64,000 nucleotides of DNA, from NCBI GenBank assembly GCA_019747895.1, contig JAIEQF010000021.1, positions 1,207 to 65,206 on the forward strand, given 5' to 3'. The notes under the pieces were generated by a model. It did no database searches and had not been told where the DNA came from. It saw nothing but the letters and a program-made list of their open reading frames with translations. Shown in pieces: positions 8,639 to 16,093 of this stretch. Made by a program: the position numbers and the translations under genes. Each line of letters begins with the position of its first letter. The first letter of the stretch is position 1. Source of the stretch: Chthoniobacterales bacterium (GTDB lineage Bacteria > Verrucomicrobiota > Verrucomicrobiia > Chthoniobacterales > UBA6821).

Positions 8639-10867
8639 TCACCAATCTTTAGTGACCTCTTCGGAGTTGCTACGCTGTTGAAATTTGACTTGCTGCTCTT
8701 CTTCTTGCACAGAACGAAGAAGCCCCTCTGCTTGATGACGAGACATTTCTTTTCCATCTTTCTCTTCTTTTCTTTCCTCGGCCGAGGCTGCTGGCTGCCC
8801 CCCTCCTTGGCCTGCGGCTTGGAGTGCGCCACTCTTTTTTTCACCAGGCGTTGGACGAGGCGCCGCCTGTGAACCGTCACGAGACTGTTGTTGTTGGGAA
8901 GATTTTTCACCTCCTCCTTGTTGTTGAGGAGAAGAAGGAGTCGCTGTTGGTGAAGGGGAAGGAGCAGCTGAAGACCCCTCCTTGCCTGAGGAAGAAGAAG
9001 GCGTTGGAGTTGGCGTTACTCCTCCTCCTTTCTGCTGGCCTTGCGCAGAAGAGCCTTGTTGATTTTTTTGATCGTTGTTTGGGGAAGGAGTCGGCGTTGG
9101 ATTGGGAGAGCCAGAAGCTTGTGGCGGTTGTTGCTCATTCTCCTTCGGCTGATTCTGTTGCTGATTCTGGTTTTGCGGTTGTTGTTTCTGTTGCTGATTT
9201 TGTTGTTGTTTCTGCTGCTGACCTTGACCTTGCTGTTGCTTTTGATCCTGCTGTTGCTTTTGATCCTGCTGTTGCTTTTGATCCTGCTGTTGCTTTTGAT
9301 CCTGCTGTTGTTGGTTTTGCTGTTGTTGGTTTTTATTTTGTGGCGGGGTTTTCTCGTCCTGTTTTTTTTGCAAATCCTCCATTAACTTCTTAACAAGATC
9401 GCGATTCTCTTTTGCATTTTTGTTATTCGGGTCTTGTTTCAAGACAGTGTCATAATGCTGCAACGCATTTTTCCAATCAGAAAGTTTGATGTCACGATCT
9501 TGCTGCTGCTCGCCAGAACGAACAAGCGTGTTGGCAAGATTGTAAGTCGCCGCTTCTTGCAGTTTCTGATCAGAAGCCGTCATCGCACTGGTAAAATAGT
9601 CTGCTGCTTTTTGATAATCTCCCTTTTTGTAAGCAGCCGCACCTGCATCAAAACGCACTTCTGGAGAAGAAGGAATTTTTTCGAGCCTCTGCTCAAAACT
9701 TTGAAGCGCGGCTTCGTAGTCTCCTTGCTGATACTCTTGAATTCCAGGTGTTGCTTGCGCATTAGAAGCCGCTATCAAAGCCACAGCGATCCAACAGCCA
9801 ATCTTTCTTCGACGAAAGCGCGGAAAAAAACAAAAATGACTGTCTGTTTCGCCGCGTGCGCGGGGACAAGCCCGCAACAAAATCGAAAGCAATAGCAAAA
9901 CCAGCGCGATGCTCGCTGGAATTTGATACCGCTCAATAGGCTTTCTGGCGCTCATTTCAGCGGTCAATCCAGCCTCGAGCGGAGCAATTCCTTTTTCAAC
10001 AATTGTGTGTGCTGCCTGAGGACTGAAAGGTTCATAAAAACCTCCTGTCACTTGAGCAATCTCTTTTAAACGAGCCTCATCGAGTTTAGAAAGAACCGGC
10101 TTGCCACGTTCATCGCGCACAAAATCAGTTCCTCCATTTTCATTTCTAATAGGAATGAGTGATCCTGCTGCAGAACCGATGCCGATCGTAAAAATTTTAA
10201 TCCCTTGCGCTGCCGCTTGTTTGGCTACGGCGACAGCATCTTCTTCCAAATCCTCACCATCAGTGATAATGACTAACGCACGGCTCGTCCCTTCCCCTTT
10301 GCCAAAAGCGATCTCTGCTGTTCGGATCGCTTCCGAAATATTTGTCCCTCCTTTTGGAATGAGCGCTGTATCTAATTCCGCGAGCGAAGCCGTCACAGCG
10401 CTATGATCAAGTGTCATCGGAGCTTGCAAAAAAGCACTTCCTGCAAAAGCAATTAACCCAACGCGATCTCCTGGCAACAAATCGAGAACGTCTTGCCCTA
10501 AAAGCTCTGCCCGTGCTAAGCGTGTTGGCGTGACATCCGTTGCTAACATGCTGCGGGAGGTATCAATCGCGATCATCACGTCGCGCCCGTGAGAGACCAC
10601 TTTCTTTTCTTCATATCCCCATCGCGGTTCCGCTAATGCAAGAATAAGAAAAGCCCAGGCAAGGAGCAATACCATCGAGCGAGCGGCTCTTCTCCAAGGA
10701 GTCACCGAAGAAAGCAAGACGGCCCGAAGTCGCAACGCAACAATTTTAGCAAGAAGTCGCTGCCGTCGCCGATGCGCTTTCCAAAAAAGAAGCGCAAGCG
10801 GAATGATCGCCACAAGCATCCAGAGTAAGGATGATCGGCCAAAAGCGAGAGTGTGATCAAAAATCAT
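8639..10867 (-). CDS. batB: BatB/BatC-like VWA + TPR protein with long Q/P/S-rich tail
   Basis: 742-aa ORF. N-terminal TM helices, VWA MIDAS motif (VMIAIDTSRSM), TPR region (YQQGDYEAALQSFEQ..., YKKGDYQKAADYF), then ~250 aa of low complexity including DQKQQQ x4. Confidence 0.75.
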   Translation of the reverse strand: MIFDHTLAFGRSSLLWMLVAIIPLALLFWKAHRRRQRLLAKIVALRLRAVLLSSVTPWRRAARSMVLLLAWAFLILALAEPRWGYEEKKVVSHGRDVMIAIDTSRSMLATDVTPTRLARAELLGQDVLDLLPGDRVGLIAFAGSAFLQAPMTLDHSAVTASLAELDTALIPKGGTNISEAIRTAEIAFGKGEGTSRALVIITDGEDLEEDAVAVAKQAAAQGIKIFTIGIGSAAGSLIPIRNENGGTDFVRDERGKPVLSKLDEARLKEIAQVTGGFYEPFSPQAAHTIVEKGIAPLEAGLTAEMSARKPIERYQIPASIALVLLLLSILLRACPRARGETDSHFCFFPRFRRRKIGCWIAVALIAASNAQATPGIQEYQQGDYEAALQSFEQRLEKIPSSPEVRFDAGAAAYKKGDYQKAADYFTSAMTASDQKLQEAATYNLANTLVRSGEQQQDRDIKLSDWKNALQHYDTVLKQDPNNKNAKENRDLVKKLMEDLQKKQDEKTPPQNKNQQQQNQQQQDQKQQQDQKQQQDQKQQQDQKQQQGQGQQQKQQQNQQQKQQPQNQNQQQNQPKENEQQPPQASGSPNPTPTPSPNNDQKNQQGSSAQGQQKGGGVTPTPTPSSSSGKEGSSAAPSPSPTATPSSPQQQGGGEKSSQQQQSRDGSQAAPRPTPGEKKSGALQAAGQGGGQPAASAEERKEEKDGKEMSRHQAEGLLRSVQEEEQQVKFQQRSNSEEVTKDW
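9230..9301. repeat. 18-bp tandem repeat x4 inside batB-like gene (DQKQQQ units)
   Basis: ctgctgttgcttttgatc repeated four times head-to-tail on the plus strand, flanked by degenerate CTG/TTG-rich sequence. Confidence 0.9.
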
Positions 10868-10880
10868 TTTTTAATTTCTT

Positions 10881-10915
10881 TTCTTTGCGTTCTTTGTGTT
10901 CTTTGTGGCCATTAA
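10881..10915. repeat. solo arm, (A/G)CAAAGAAC family
   Basis: ttctttgcgttctttgtgttctttgtggccattaa between the batA stop (10920) and the batB start (10867). No complementary partner nearby. Confidence 0.8.
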
Positions 10916-10919
10916 ATTC

Positions 10920-11954
10920 TCATGGAATCTTATTCCACCTCGTTTGAGACAAAACCATCTCTAATGTCAGCAACAAGACCGCCAACGCCAGAAACCACCA
11001 GAAAAAATCTTTAACATCAGTTTTTTTATCCAGCGTGACAGAACTTTTTTCAAGATGGTCAATTTCTTGGAATGTCTTTTGCAGGGAGGCTTCATCAGCA
11101 GCTCGAAAATATTTTCCATCTCCAATAGTTGCGATGTCTTGCAATAATTTTTCATCAAAATCAAAAGTCACTTTTTGCATGACCACTCTCCCAAAAGGAT
11201 CACGCACAGGAATGGAGACTGGCCCATTACTCCCAGCTCCAATCGTGTAGATGCGGATTCCAAGAGCCTTGGCTGCCTCGGCAGCAGTCAGAGGCATTAC
11301 TTTTCCTGCATTGTTAGCGCCATCGGTCAATAGGAGAATCAATTTGCTCTTTGCCTCTTTATTCTTTAAGCGAGAAGCGGCTGAAGCAAGCGCTGACCCA
11401 ATAGCGGTCCCATCTTCCACAAGTCCGAGCTGAATTCGATCCAGATTTTGAATCAGCCAATCGTGATCAAGCGTAATCGGGCTCACTAAATAAGGACGAC
11501 CTGCGAAGGCAATAATTCCGATGCGATCATTAGGACGGCCTTCAATAAATTGCTGCGTTACTTGCTTCACAGCCTCAAGGCGGCTCGCCTGCTGACCTCC
11601 GATGACATAATCTTGTGTGGACATCGACCCTGAAACATCGAGAACAATCATGATATCAATTCCACTCGCTTGAACCCGAGTTGTTGTGTTGCTCCATTGC
11701 GGCCGCGCGAGAGCCACGATTAGTAAGGCCATCGCTCCATAAAGCAACGTCAGGAGCACTGCTCCAGCAGCAGAACGATGCACTTGTCCCAACTTTGCGA
11801 CTAAAGTGGTCGATGAAAAAAGAACTCCTGCTCCACCCTTCCCTCCTTGCAATAAGCTCAGCAGCGGCACGAGGAGCAGTCCCAATAAAAACCAAGGGTG
11901 AGCAAAAGAGAAGCCACCCCACGTTGTTGGTAATAATTTTAGGAATGCTGTCAT
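10920..11954 (-). CDS. batA: BatA-like VWA domain membrane protein
   Basis: 344-aa ORF. Two N-terminal TM helices, MIDAS motif DIMIVLDVSGSM, C-terminal TM. ATGA overlap with the upstream gene. Confidence 0.8.
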   Translation of the reverse strand: MTAFLKLLPTTWGGFSFAHPWFLLGLLLVPLLSLLQGGKGGAGVLFSSTTLVAKLGQVHRSAAGAVLLTLLYGAMALLIVALARPQWSNTTTRVQASGIDIMIVLDVSGSMSTQDYVIGGQQASRLEAVKQVTQQFIEGRPNDRIGIIAFAGRPYLVSPITLDHDWLIQNLDRIQLGLVEDGTAIGSALASAASRLKNKEAKSKLILLLTDGANNAGKVMPLTAAEAAKALGIRIYTIGAGSNGPVSIPVRDPFGRVVMQKVTFDFDEKLLQDIATIGDGKYFRAADEASLQKTFQEIDHLEKSSVTLDKKTDVKDFFWWFLALAVLLLTLEMVLSQTRWNKIP

Positions 11955-12454
11955 TGTTTTTCTTGCTCCTCTCCTTTCTGAACAAATTTCTCTGCAGCCT
12001 CAATTAATGCCAAGCGCTCTCCCGCTTCAGCCACACCTTGAGCAAACTTCAAAATATCCGATTGTCGAAGAAAATCACTCAAGGCCTCTTGCTCTGGTGG
12101 AGAAAAGCGCTCTTGCCCGTGCAGTGATTTCAAAAACTCCTCCGTCGTCTGACGCGGAGCCGCCAACCCAAAAACCTCGCCTAAATAATTTCTCAACAAC
12201 GTCGAAACATGAATTCCAAAATCGTGATCACTTCCAACCATGAGTTCTTTTTTCAAGGCGGCCAGAACTTGTAGCATCGCTTCTTTGCGCGTAAGCGGCC
12301 GCTTACGACGACTCCTTAAAATCAAATATCCCACACCGATTAATACCAAACACAAAATCAAAATAGCCACCATGATCTGTGATGTCGTGTAAGGAAAAAA
12401 GGGAACCGGCCCGACGATATCGTGAATGGGCGCTGGAGAAACAGTTGTTTGCAT
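11951..12454 (-). CDS. DUF4381-like single-pass membrane protein of the MoxR/Bat operon
   Basis: 167-aa ORF. One TM helix (IMVAILILCLVLIGVGYLIL) followed by RSRRKR. It sits between the DUF58 and batA genes, as in Bat operons. Confidence 0.5.
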   Translation of the reverse strand: MQTTVSPAPIHDIVGPVPFFPYTTSQIMVAILILCLVLIGVGYLILRSRRKRPLTRKEAMLQVLAALKKELMVGSDHDFGIHVSTLLRNYLGEVFGLAAPRQTTEEFLKSLHGQERFSPPEQEALSDFLRQSDILKFAQGVAEAGERLALIEAAEKFVQKGEEQEKQ

Positions 12455-12488
12455 TTCTTTGTGTTCTTTGCGTTCTTTGTGGTTAATT
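12455..12488. repeat. solo arm, (A/G)CAAAGAAC family
   Basis: ttctttgtgttctttgcgttctttgtggttaatt directly abutting the DUF4381-like start codon (12454). Same orientation as the 10881 arm. Confidence 0.8.
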
Positions 12489-12498
12489 TTCTTTTTCC

Positions 12499-13377
12499 CT
12501 ACCTTCTCCTCTCACGATGCGCAAAAAAGGAACGTAGGATCGGCAAGTAATCTTCATCGGTTCGAAGCGGGACAATATCGACATGATGAGATCCAAAAAG
12601 ATGGAGCAATTTTTTCTTTTGTCGTTCGACCTCTTCTTGATAAGTGGCGCGGAAAGAACGGGCGGCAGTATTAATCTCCAGTCGTTCTCCTGTCTCAGGG
12701 TCTTGAAGCGTAATCACGCCCACATCAGGAAAATTTTCCTCTACCGGATCGATGATAGGAAGGGCAATCATATCGTGTCGCTTCGCAGTCACCGTCAAAG
12801 GCCTCGAGAAGTCACCATCAAAAAAATCAGAAATCACAAAAACAATCGCTCTTCGCGTGAGAACTCTGTTGAGAAATTCCAACGCCTGACCAATATCTGT
12901 CTTGCGACTTTGTGGCTTAAAGAAAAACATCTCACGAATGAGTCTCAAATGATGCTGCCGTCCTTTTTTTGGAGGAATAAAAAGTTCAATTTGATCAGAA
13001 AAAAGAAGTAACCCCACCTTGTCATTGTTGTAGATAGCGCTAAAAGCTAACAGTGCCGCAACTTCCGCAGCGACTTCACGCTTACTCTCATTCACGCTTC
13101 CAAAATTTCCGGAGGCACTCACATCCAGAAGAATCATCACCGTGACTTCGCGTTCTTCATTAAATTTTTTAATGAAGGGCTCTCCCGTACGTGCCGTGAC
13201 ATTCCAGTCAATCGTCCGGATTTCGTCTCCAGGAGCATAAGGGCGAACCTCTTCAAAATTCATTCCGCGTCCTTTAAATACGCTTTGATACTGCCCCGCA
13301 AAGGAAGATTCGACGAGACGCTTCGTCTGCAATTCAATGCGGCGCATCTTGCGCAAAATTTCTGAAGAAGTTTTCAT
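12499..13377 (-). CDS. DUF58 family protein (MoxR-associated, VWA-like)
   Basis: The ORF track starts at 13419, but its first 14 codons (MLFVFFCGYSFCFF) are repeat-arm sequence. The likely start is ATG 13377 (MKTSSEILRKMRRIELQTKRLV...), a typical DUF58 N-terminus. Lies downstream of moxR. Confidence 0.8.
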   Translation of the reverse strand: MKTSSEILRKMRRIELQTKRLVESSFAGQYQSVFKGRGMNFEEVRPYAPGDEIRTIDWNVTARTGEPFIKKFNEEREVTVMILLDVSASGNFGSVNESKREVAAEVAALLAFSAIYNNDKVGLLLFSDQIELFIPPKKGRQHHLRLIREMFFFKPQSRKTDIGQALEFLNRVLTRRAIVFVISDFFDGDFSRPLTVTAKRHDMIALPIIDPVEENFPDVGVITLQDPETGERLEINTAARSFRATYQEEVERQKKKLLHLFGSHHVDIVPLRTDEDYLPILRSFFAHRERRR

Positions 13378-13390
13378 AAAAAAACAAAAG

Positions 13391-13555
13391 GAATAGCCAC
13401 AAAAGAACACAAAGAGCACAAAAAAAAGACAAAAATTTAATAGATGTTTCTTTTTGAAAAAGAAAAATTTATTTCATCAGAACGCCACTTCTAATTATAC
13501 CTTCTTTGTGTTCTTTTGTGGCTATTCTCTTTTTTTCTGTGTTCTTTGTGGTTAA
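13391..13555. repeat. split-arm inverted repeat, (A/G)CAAAGAAC family
   Basis: Left arm gaatagccacaaaagaacacaaagagcacaaa (13391-13421); right arm tctttgtgttcttttgtggctattc (13503-13527) plus an extra tctgtgttctttgtggttaa (13536-13555). Lies between the moxR stop and the DUF58 start. Confidence 0.85.
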
Positions 13556-13570
13556 ATTTTTTCTTTCTAC

Positions 13571-14560
13571 TTAAGGAACAGGAAGCCCAGCAAAAACTTT
13601 GCCAATGATATCTTCCGAAGTGATCGACTCCGCTTCCGCCTCGTAGCTGACCGCAACACGATGTCTCAACACCTCCACGCCGATTGACTTCACATCATGC
13701 GGTGTCACATAGCCACGGCCCTGAAGGAATGCATGAGCTTTCGCAGCGAGCGTCAAATAAATCGTGGCTCGAGGCGAAGCTCCATAACGAATCATTCCCT
13801 CTAATTTTAGTTTGTAGGCGGCTGGTTCCCGTGTAGCCCAGACAAGGTCAACGATGTAATCTTTGACTTTATCATCAACATAAATCTGATTCACCACTTC
13901 ACGCGCTTCTAAAATTTGATCTTTTGAAATCACATGATTTACCCCAAGGCGTGGGGAAGAAGTTGCCATGGCATCCAAAATAGCACGCTCCTCCTTACGC
14001 GTAGGATAGCCAACAACGACCTTTAACATAAAACGGTCAAGCTGTGCTTCCGGAAGTGGATAGGTTCCTTCTTGCTCTAGCGGATTTTGTGTTGCTAACA
14101 CCAAAAACGGATCTGGAAGAGGAAAGGTCTCTTCGCTGATCGTGACTTGATGTTCCTGCATCGCTTCTAGCAAAGCGCTCTGGACCTTGGCTGGAGCACG
14201 ATTGATTTCATCCGCCAAAATGAGATTTGCAAAAATAGGACCCTTGCGCGTCGTGAACATCGTCTCCCGCGGATTGTAAATTAATGTTCCAATCAAATCA
14301 GCCGGCAAAAGATCGGGAGTAAATTGCAAACGTTGAAACGAGGCATTAACACAAGCTGCCAGCGTGCGCACCGTTAACGTCTTGGCTAATCCTGGAACGC
14401 CCTCCAACAGAACATGTCCATTGCTGAGCATTCCAATGAGCAGGCTCTGGATGAGCCCCTGCTGCCCAATCACCACGCGACTAACTTCCTGCATGAGAGG
14501 CTGCACCCACGTTCCAGCCTGCTGCACCTGTCGATCGAGTTCTTGAATAGAATGAGTCAT
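13571..14560 (-). CDS. moxR: MoxR-family AAA+ ATPase
   Basis: 329-aa ORF. Walker A LEGVPGLAKT, Walker B LILADEINRAP. First gene of the MoxR-DUF58-Bat operon. Confidence 0.9.
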   Translation of the reverse strand: MTHSIQELDRQVQQAGTWVQPLMQEVSRVVIGQQGLIQSLLIGMLSNGHVLLEGVPGLAKTLTVRTLAACVNASFQRLQFTPDLLPADLIGTLIYNPRETMFTTRKGPIFANLILADEINRAPAKVQSALLEAMQEHQVTISEETFPLPDPFLVLATQNPLEQEGTYPLPEAQLDRFMLKVVVGYPTRKEERAILDAMATSSPRLGVNHVISKDQILEAREVVNQIYVDDKVKDYIVDLVWATREPAAYKLKLEGMIRYGASPRATIYLTLAAKAHAFLQGRGYVTPHDVKSIGVEVLRHRVAVSYEAEAESITSEDIIGKVFAGLPVP

Positions 14561-14563
14561 AAA

Positions 14564-14592
14564 GTTGAAGTTGAAGGGTTGAAATATTGAAG
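14564..14592. repeat. solo arm, GTTGAAG heptamer family
   Basis: gttgaagttgaagggttgaaatattgaag starting 4 nt upstream of the moxR start codon (minus strand). Confidence 0.7.
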
Positions 14593-14769
14593 CTTTTAAA
14601 AATGATCCTAACTAAAAAATACACATCTCTTTCATTTTGCAAAAAGAAATTTTATGTGGTTCCGGAAAAATTAACTTTTAAAAACGAATATTCATTTTTA
14701 TTTGATGCCTGATCCAACCACAGATAAGTACACTTTATTTCTCCTGTTCACTAAGTTTTTATCAAGCGT

Positions 14770-15963
14770 TCAAGGCAATGGCTCTGACAGCAGGTTCATC
14801 CTAGCTAAATATTCCTTTGCCTGCTGCAGCAATTCCTCGCGATGTTCTCCCGTGAACGTGATGTGCCCCATTTTGCGGCCAGGCTTCGCCTCTTTTTTCC
14901 CATAAAGATGCAAGCTGATCTCTGGATGTCCTAGAAACGGCTTCCAATCTGGTTCGCCAGCCTGCCAAAGATCACCTAAAAGATTGAGCATAATGGCAGG
15001 CTTGACTAATTCAGTAGAACCGAAGGGCACTCCGGTCAGCGCACGTACGCTTTGTTCAAACTGACTCGTCTTAGATGACTCGATTGTGTGATGCCCTGAA
15101 TTGTGAGGTCGCGGCGCCAGTTCATTGACAATGATCTCGTCATTCGAAAGCACAAAAAATTCAATCGTGATCAAGCCCACAACATCGAGAGCCTCTGCTA
15201 TTTTTTGAGCTAAGGAGATCGCTTGCTCCAAAACTTTTTTAGAAAAACGAGCAGGCGCTCTTGAAACATCAAGGATTCCTTTCACATGACTATTTTCTTG
15301 CGGAGGGAAAGAGCTGATCTCTCCGCTCGTCGACCTTGCCACAATCACAGAGCCTTCTGCGCAAAAATTGATTCGCTTCTCCAAAACAGCGCGCTTGGCA
15401 CGCAAGTCCGCCCACGCTTGTTGCAGCTCTGCTGCAGAGGCATTTGCTGCGATGGAGACCTGCCCCTTGCCATCGTATCCCAGCGTTGCTGTTTTCAAAA
15501 TGGCATCGCTTTTTAATTCGCTCACTGCTGCAACAAGTTCTTCAACAGAGGTGATCACTCGAAATGGAGCCACAGGAAATCCACTTTTTTGCAAAAATTC
15601 TTTTTCAAAAATGCGATCTTGGCAAATGCGAACCACCTGTGGAGAGGGATACAGCGGCCGCAATGTGGACAGCAATTCGAGAGAGGCGGCAGGAATATTT
15701 TCAAACTCCAACGTGATGAGATCAACACGACTTGCAAAATCTCTCAATGCCTTTTCGTCCTCAAACGAAGCCACGATCATTTCATCACCCACCGAAGCAG
15801 CTGGACCTCCTGGAAGAACATCGTACACCAGCACGCGATGCCCCATTTTTTTCGCAGCCATCGCCATCATTTGCCCGAGCTGGCCACTGCCAAGGAGGCC
15901 TAAGGTCAGGTTACAGGTTGCAGGTTGCAGGTTATCAGGTTGTTTGTTTTTACTGGCTCTCAT
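14770..15963 (-). CDS. purK: N5-carboxyaminoimidazole ribonucleotide synthase (ATP-grasp)
   Basis: 397-aa ORF. LGLLGSGQLGQMMAMAAKKMG N-terminal Rossmann segment and an ATP-grasp core. The first ~20 codons (..QPDNLQPATCNLT) are heptamer-arm sequence, so the true start is uncertain. Confidence 0.85.
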   Translation of the reverse strand: MRASKNKQPDNLQPATCNLTLGLLGSGQLGQMMAMAAKKMGHRVLVYDVLPGGPAASVGDEMIVASFEDEKALRDFASRVDLITLEFENIPAASLELLSTLRPLYPSPQVVRICQDRIFEKEFLQKSGFPVAPFRVITSVEELVAAVSELKSDAILKTATLGYDGKGQVSIAANASAAELQQAWADLRAKRAVLEKRINFCAEGSVIVARSTSGEISSFPPQENSHVKGILDVSRAPARFSKKVLEQAISLAQKIAEALDVVGLITIEFFVLSNDEIIVNELAPRPHNSGHHTIESSKTSQFEQSVRALTGVPFGSTELVKPAIMLNLLGDLWQAGEPDWKPFLGHPEISLHLYGKKEAKPGRKMGHITFTGEHREELLQQAKEYLARMNLLSEPLP

Positions 15964-16090
15964 GAAATGCTAAGACAATTACTTTTCTCAATTTTCAAAA
16001 ATAACATCACCACCTTAACAAACAATGATTCTCAAAAAAAATGAATAATGCTTTTTACCTGCAACCTGTAACCTGTAACCTGTAACCTGC
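15905..16090. repeat. split-arm inverted repeat, CCTGTAA/CCTGCAA family, shared by the divergent purK and lpxL-waaF genes
   Basis: Left arm 15905-15940 gtcaggttacaggttgcaggttgcaggttatcaggttg (inside the purK 5' end). Right arm 16058-16090 cctgcaacctgtaacctgtaacctgtaacctgc, ending 3 nt before ATG 16094. Confidence 0.9.
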
Positions 16091-16093
16091 TTT

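Noticed and set aside
8824-9393. Plus-strand ORFs (189 aa, 114 aa) rich in Leu/Val/Ala opposite the batB tail
   Set aside because: They are antisense reading of the CAG/CAA-rich low-complexity region and the 18-bp tandem repeat. Their composition (poly-L/poly-V) is an artefact of the repeat.
5840-14560. Bat/MoxR operon as the 'novel system'
   Set aside because: The gene order and domain content match the well-known aerotolerance (BatA-E) / MoxR-DUF58-VWA operon. Only its colonisation by repeats is unusual.
15368-15973. 201-aa plus-strand ORF, with similar long antisense ORFs at 30792-31445, 28441-29064, 46551-47123, 38024-38500, 51835-52278 and 39175-39618
   Set aside because: All are shadow ORFs opposite confidently identified genes (purK, accC, panC, the coiled-coil protein, pdhA, the translocator-like gene, pdhB). 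None shows a family signature.
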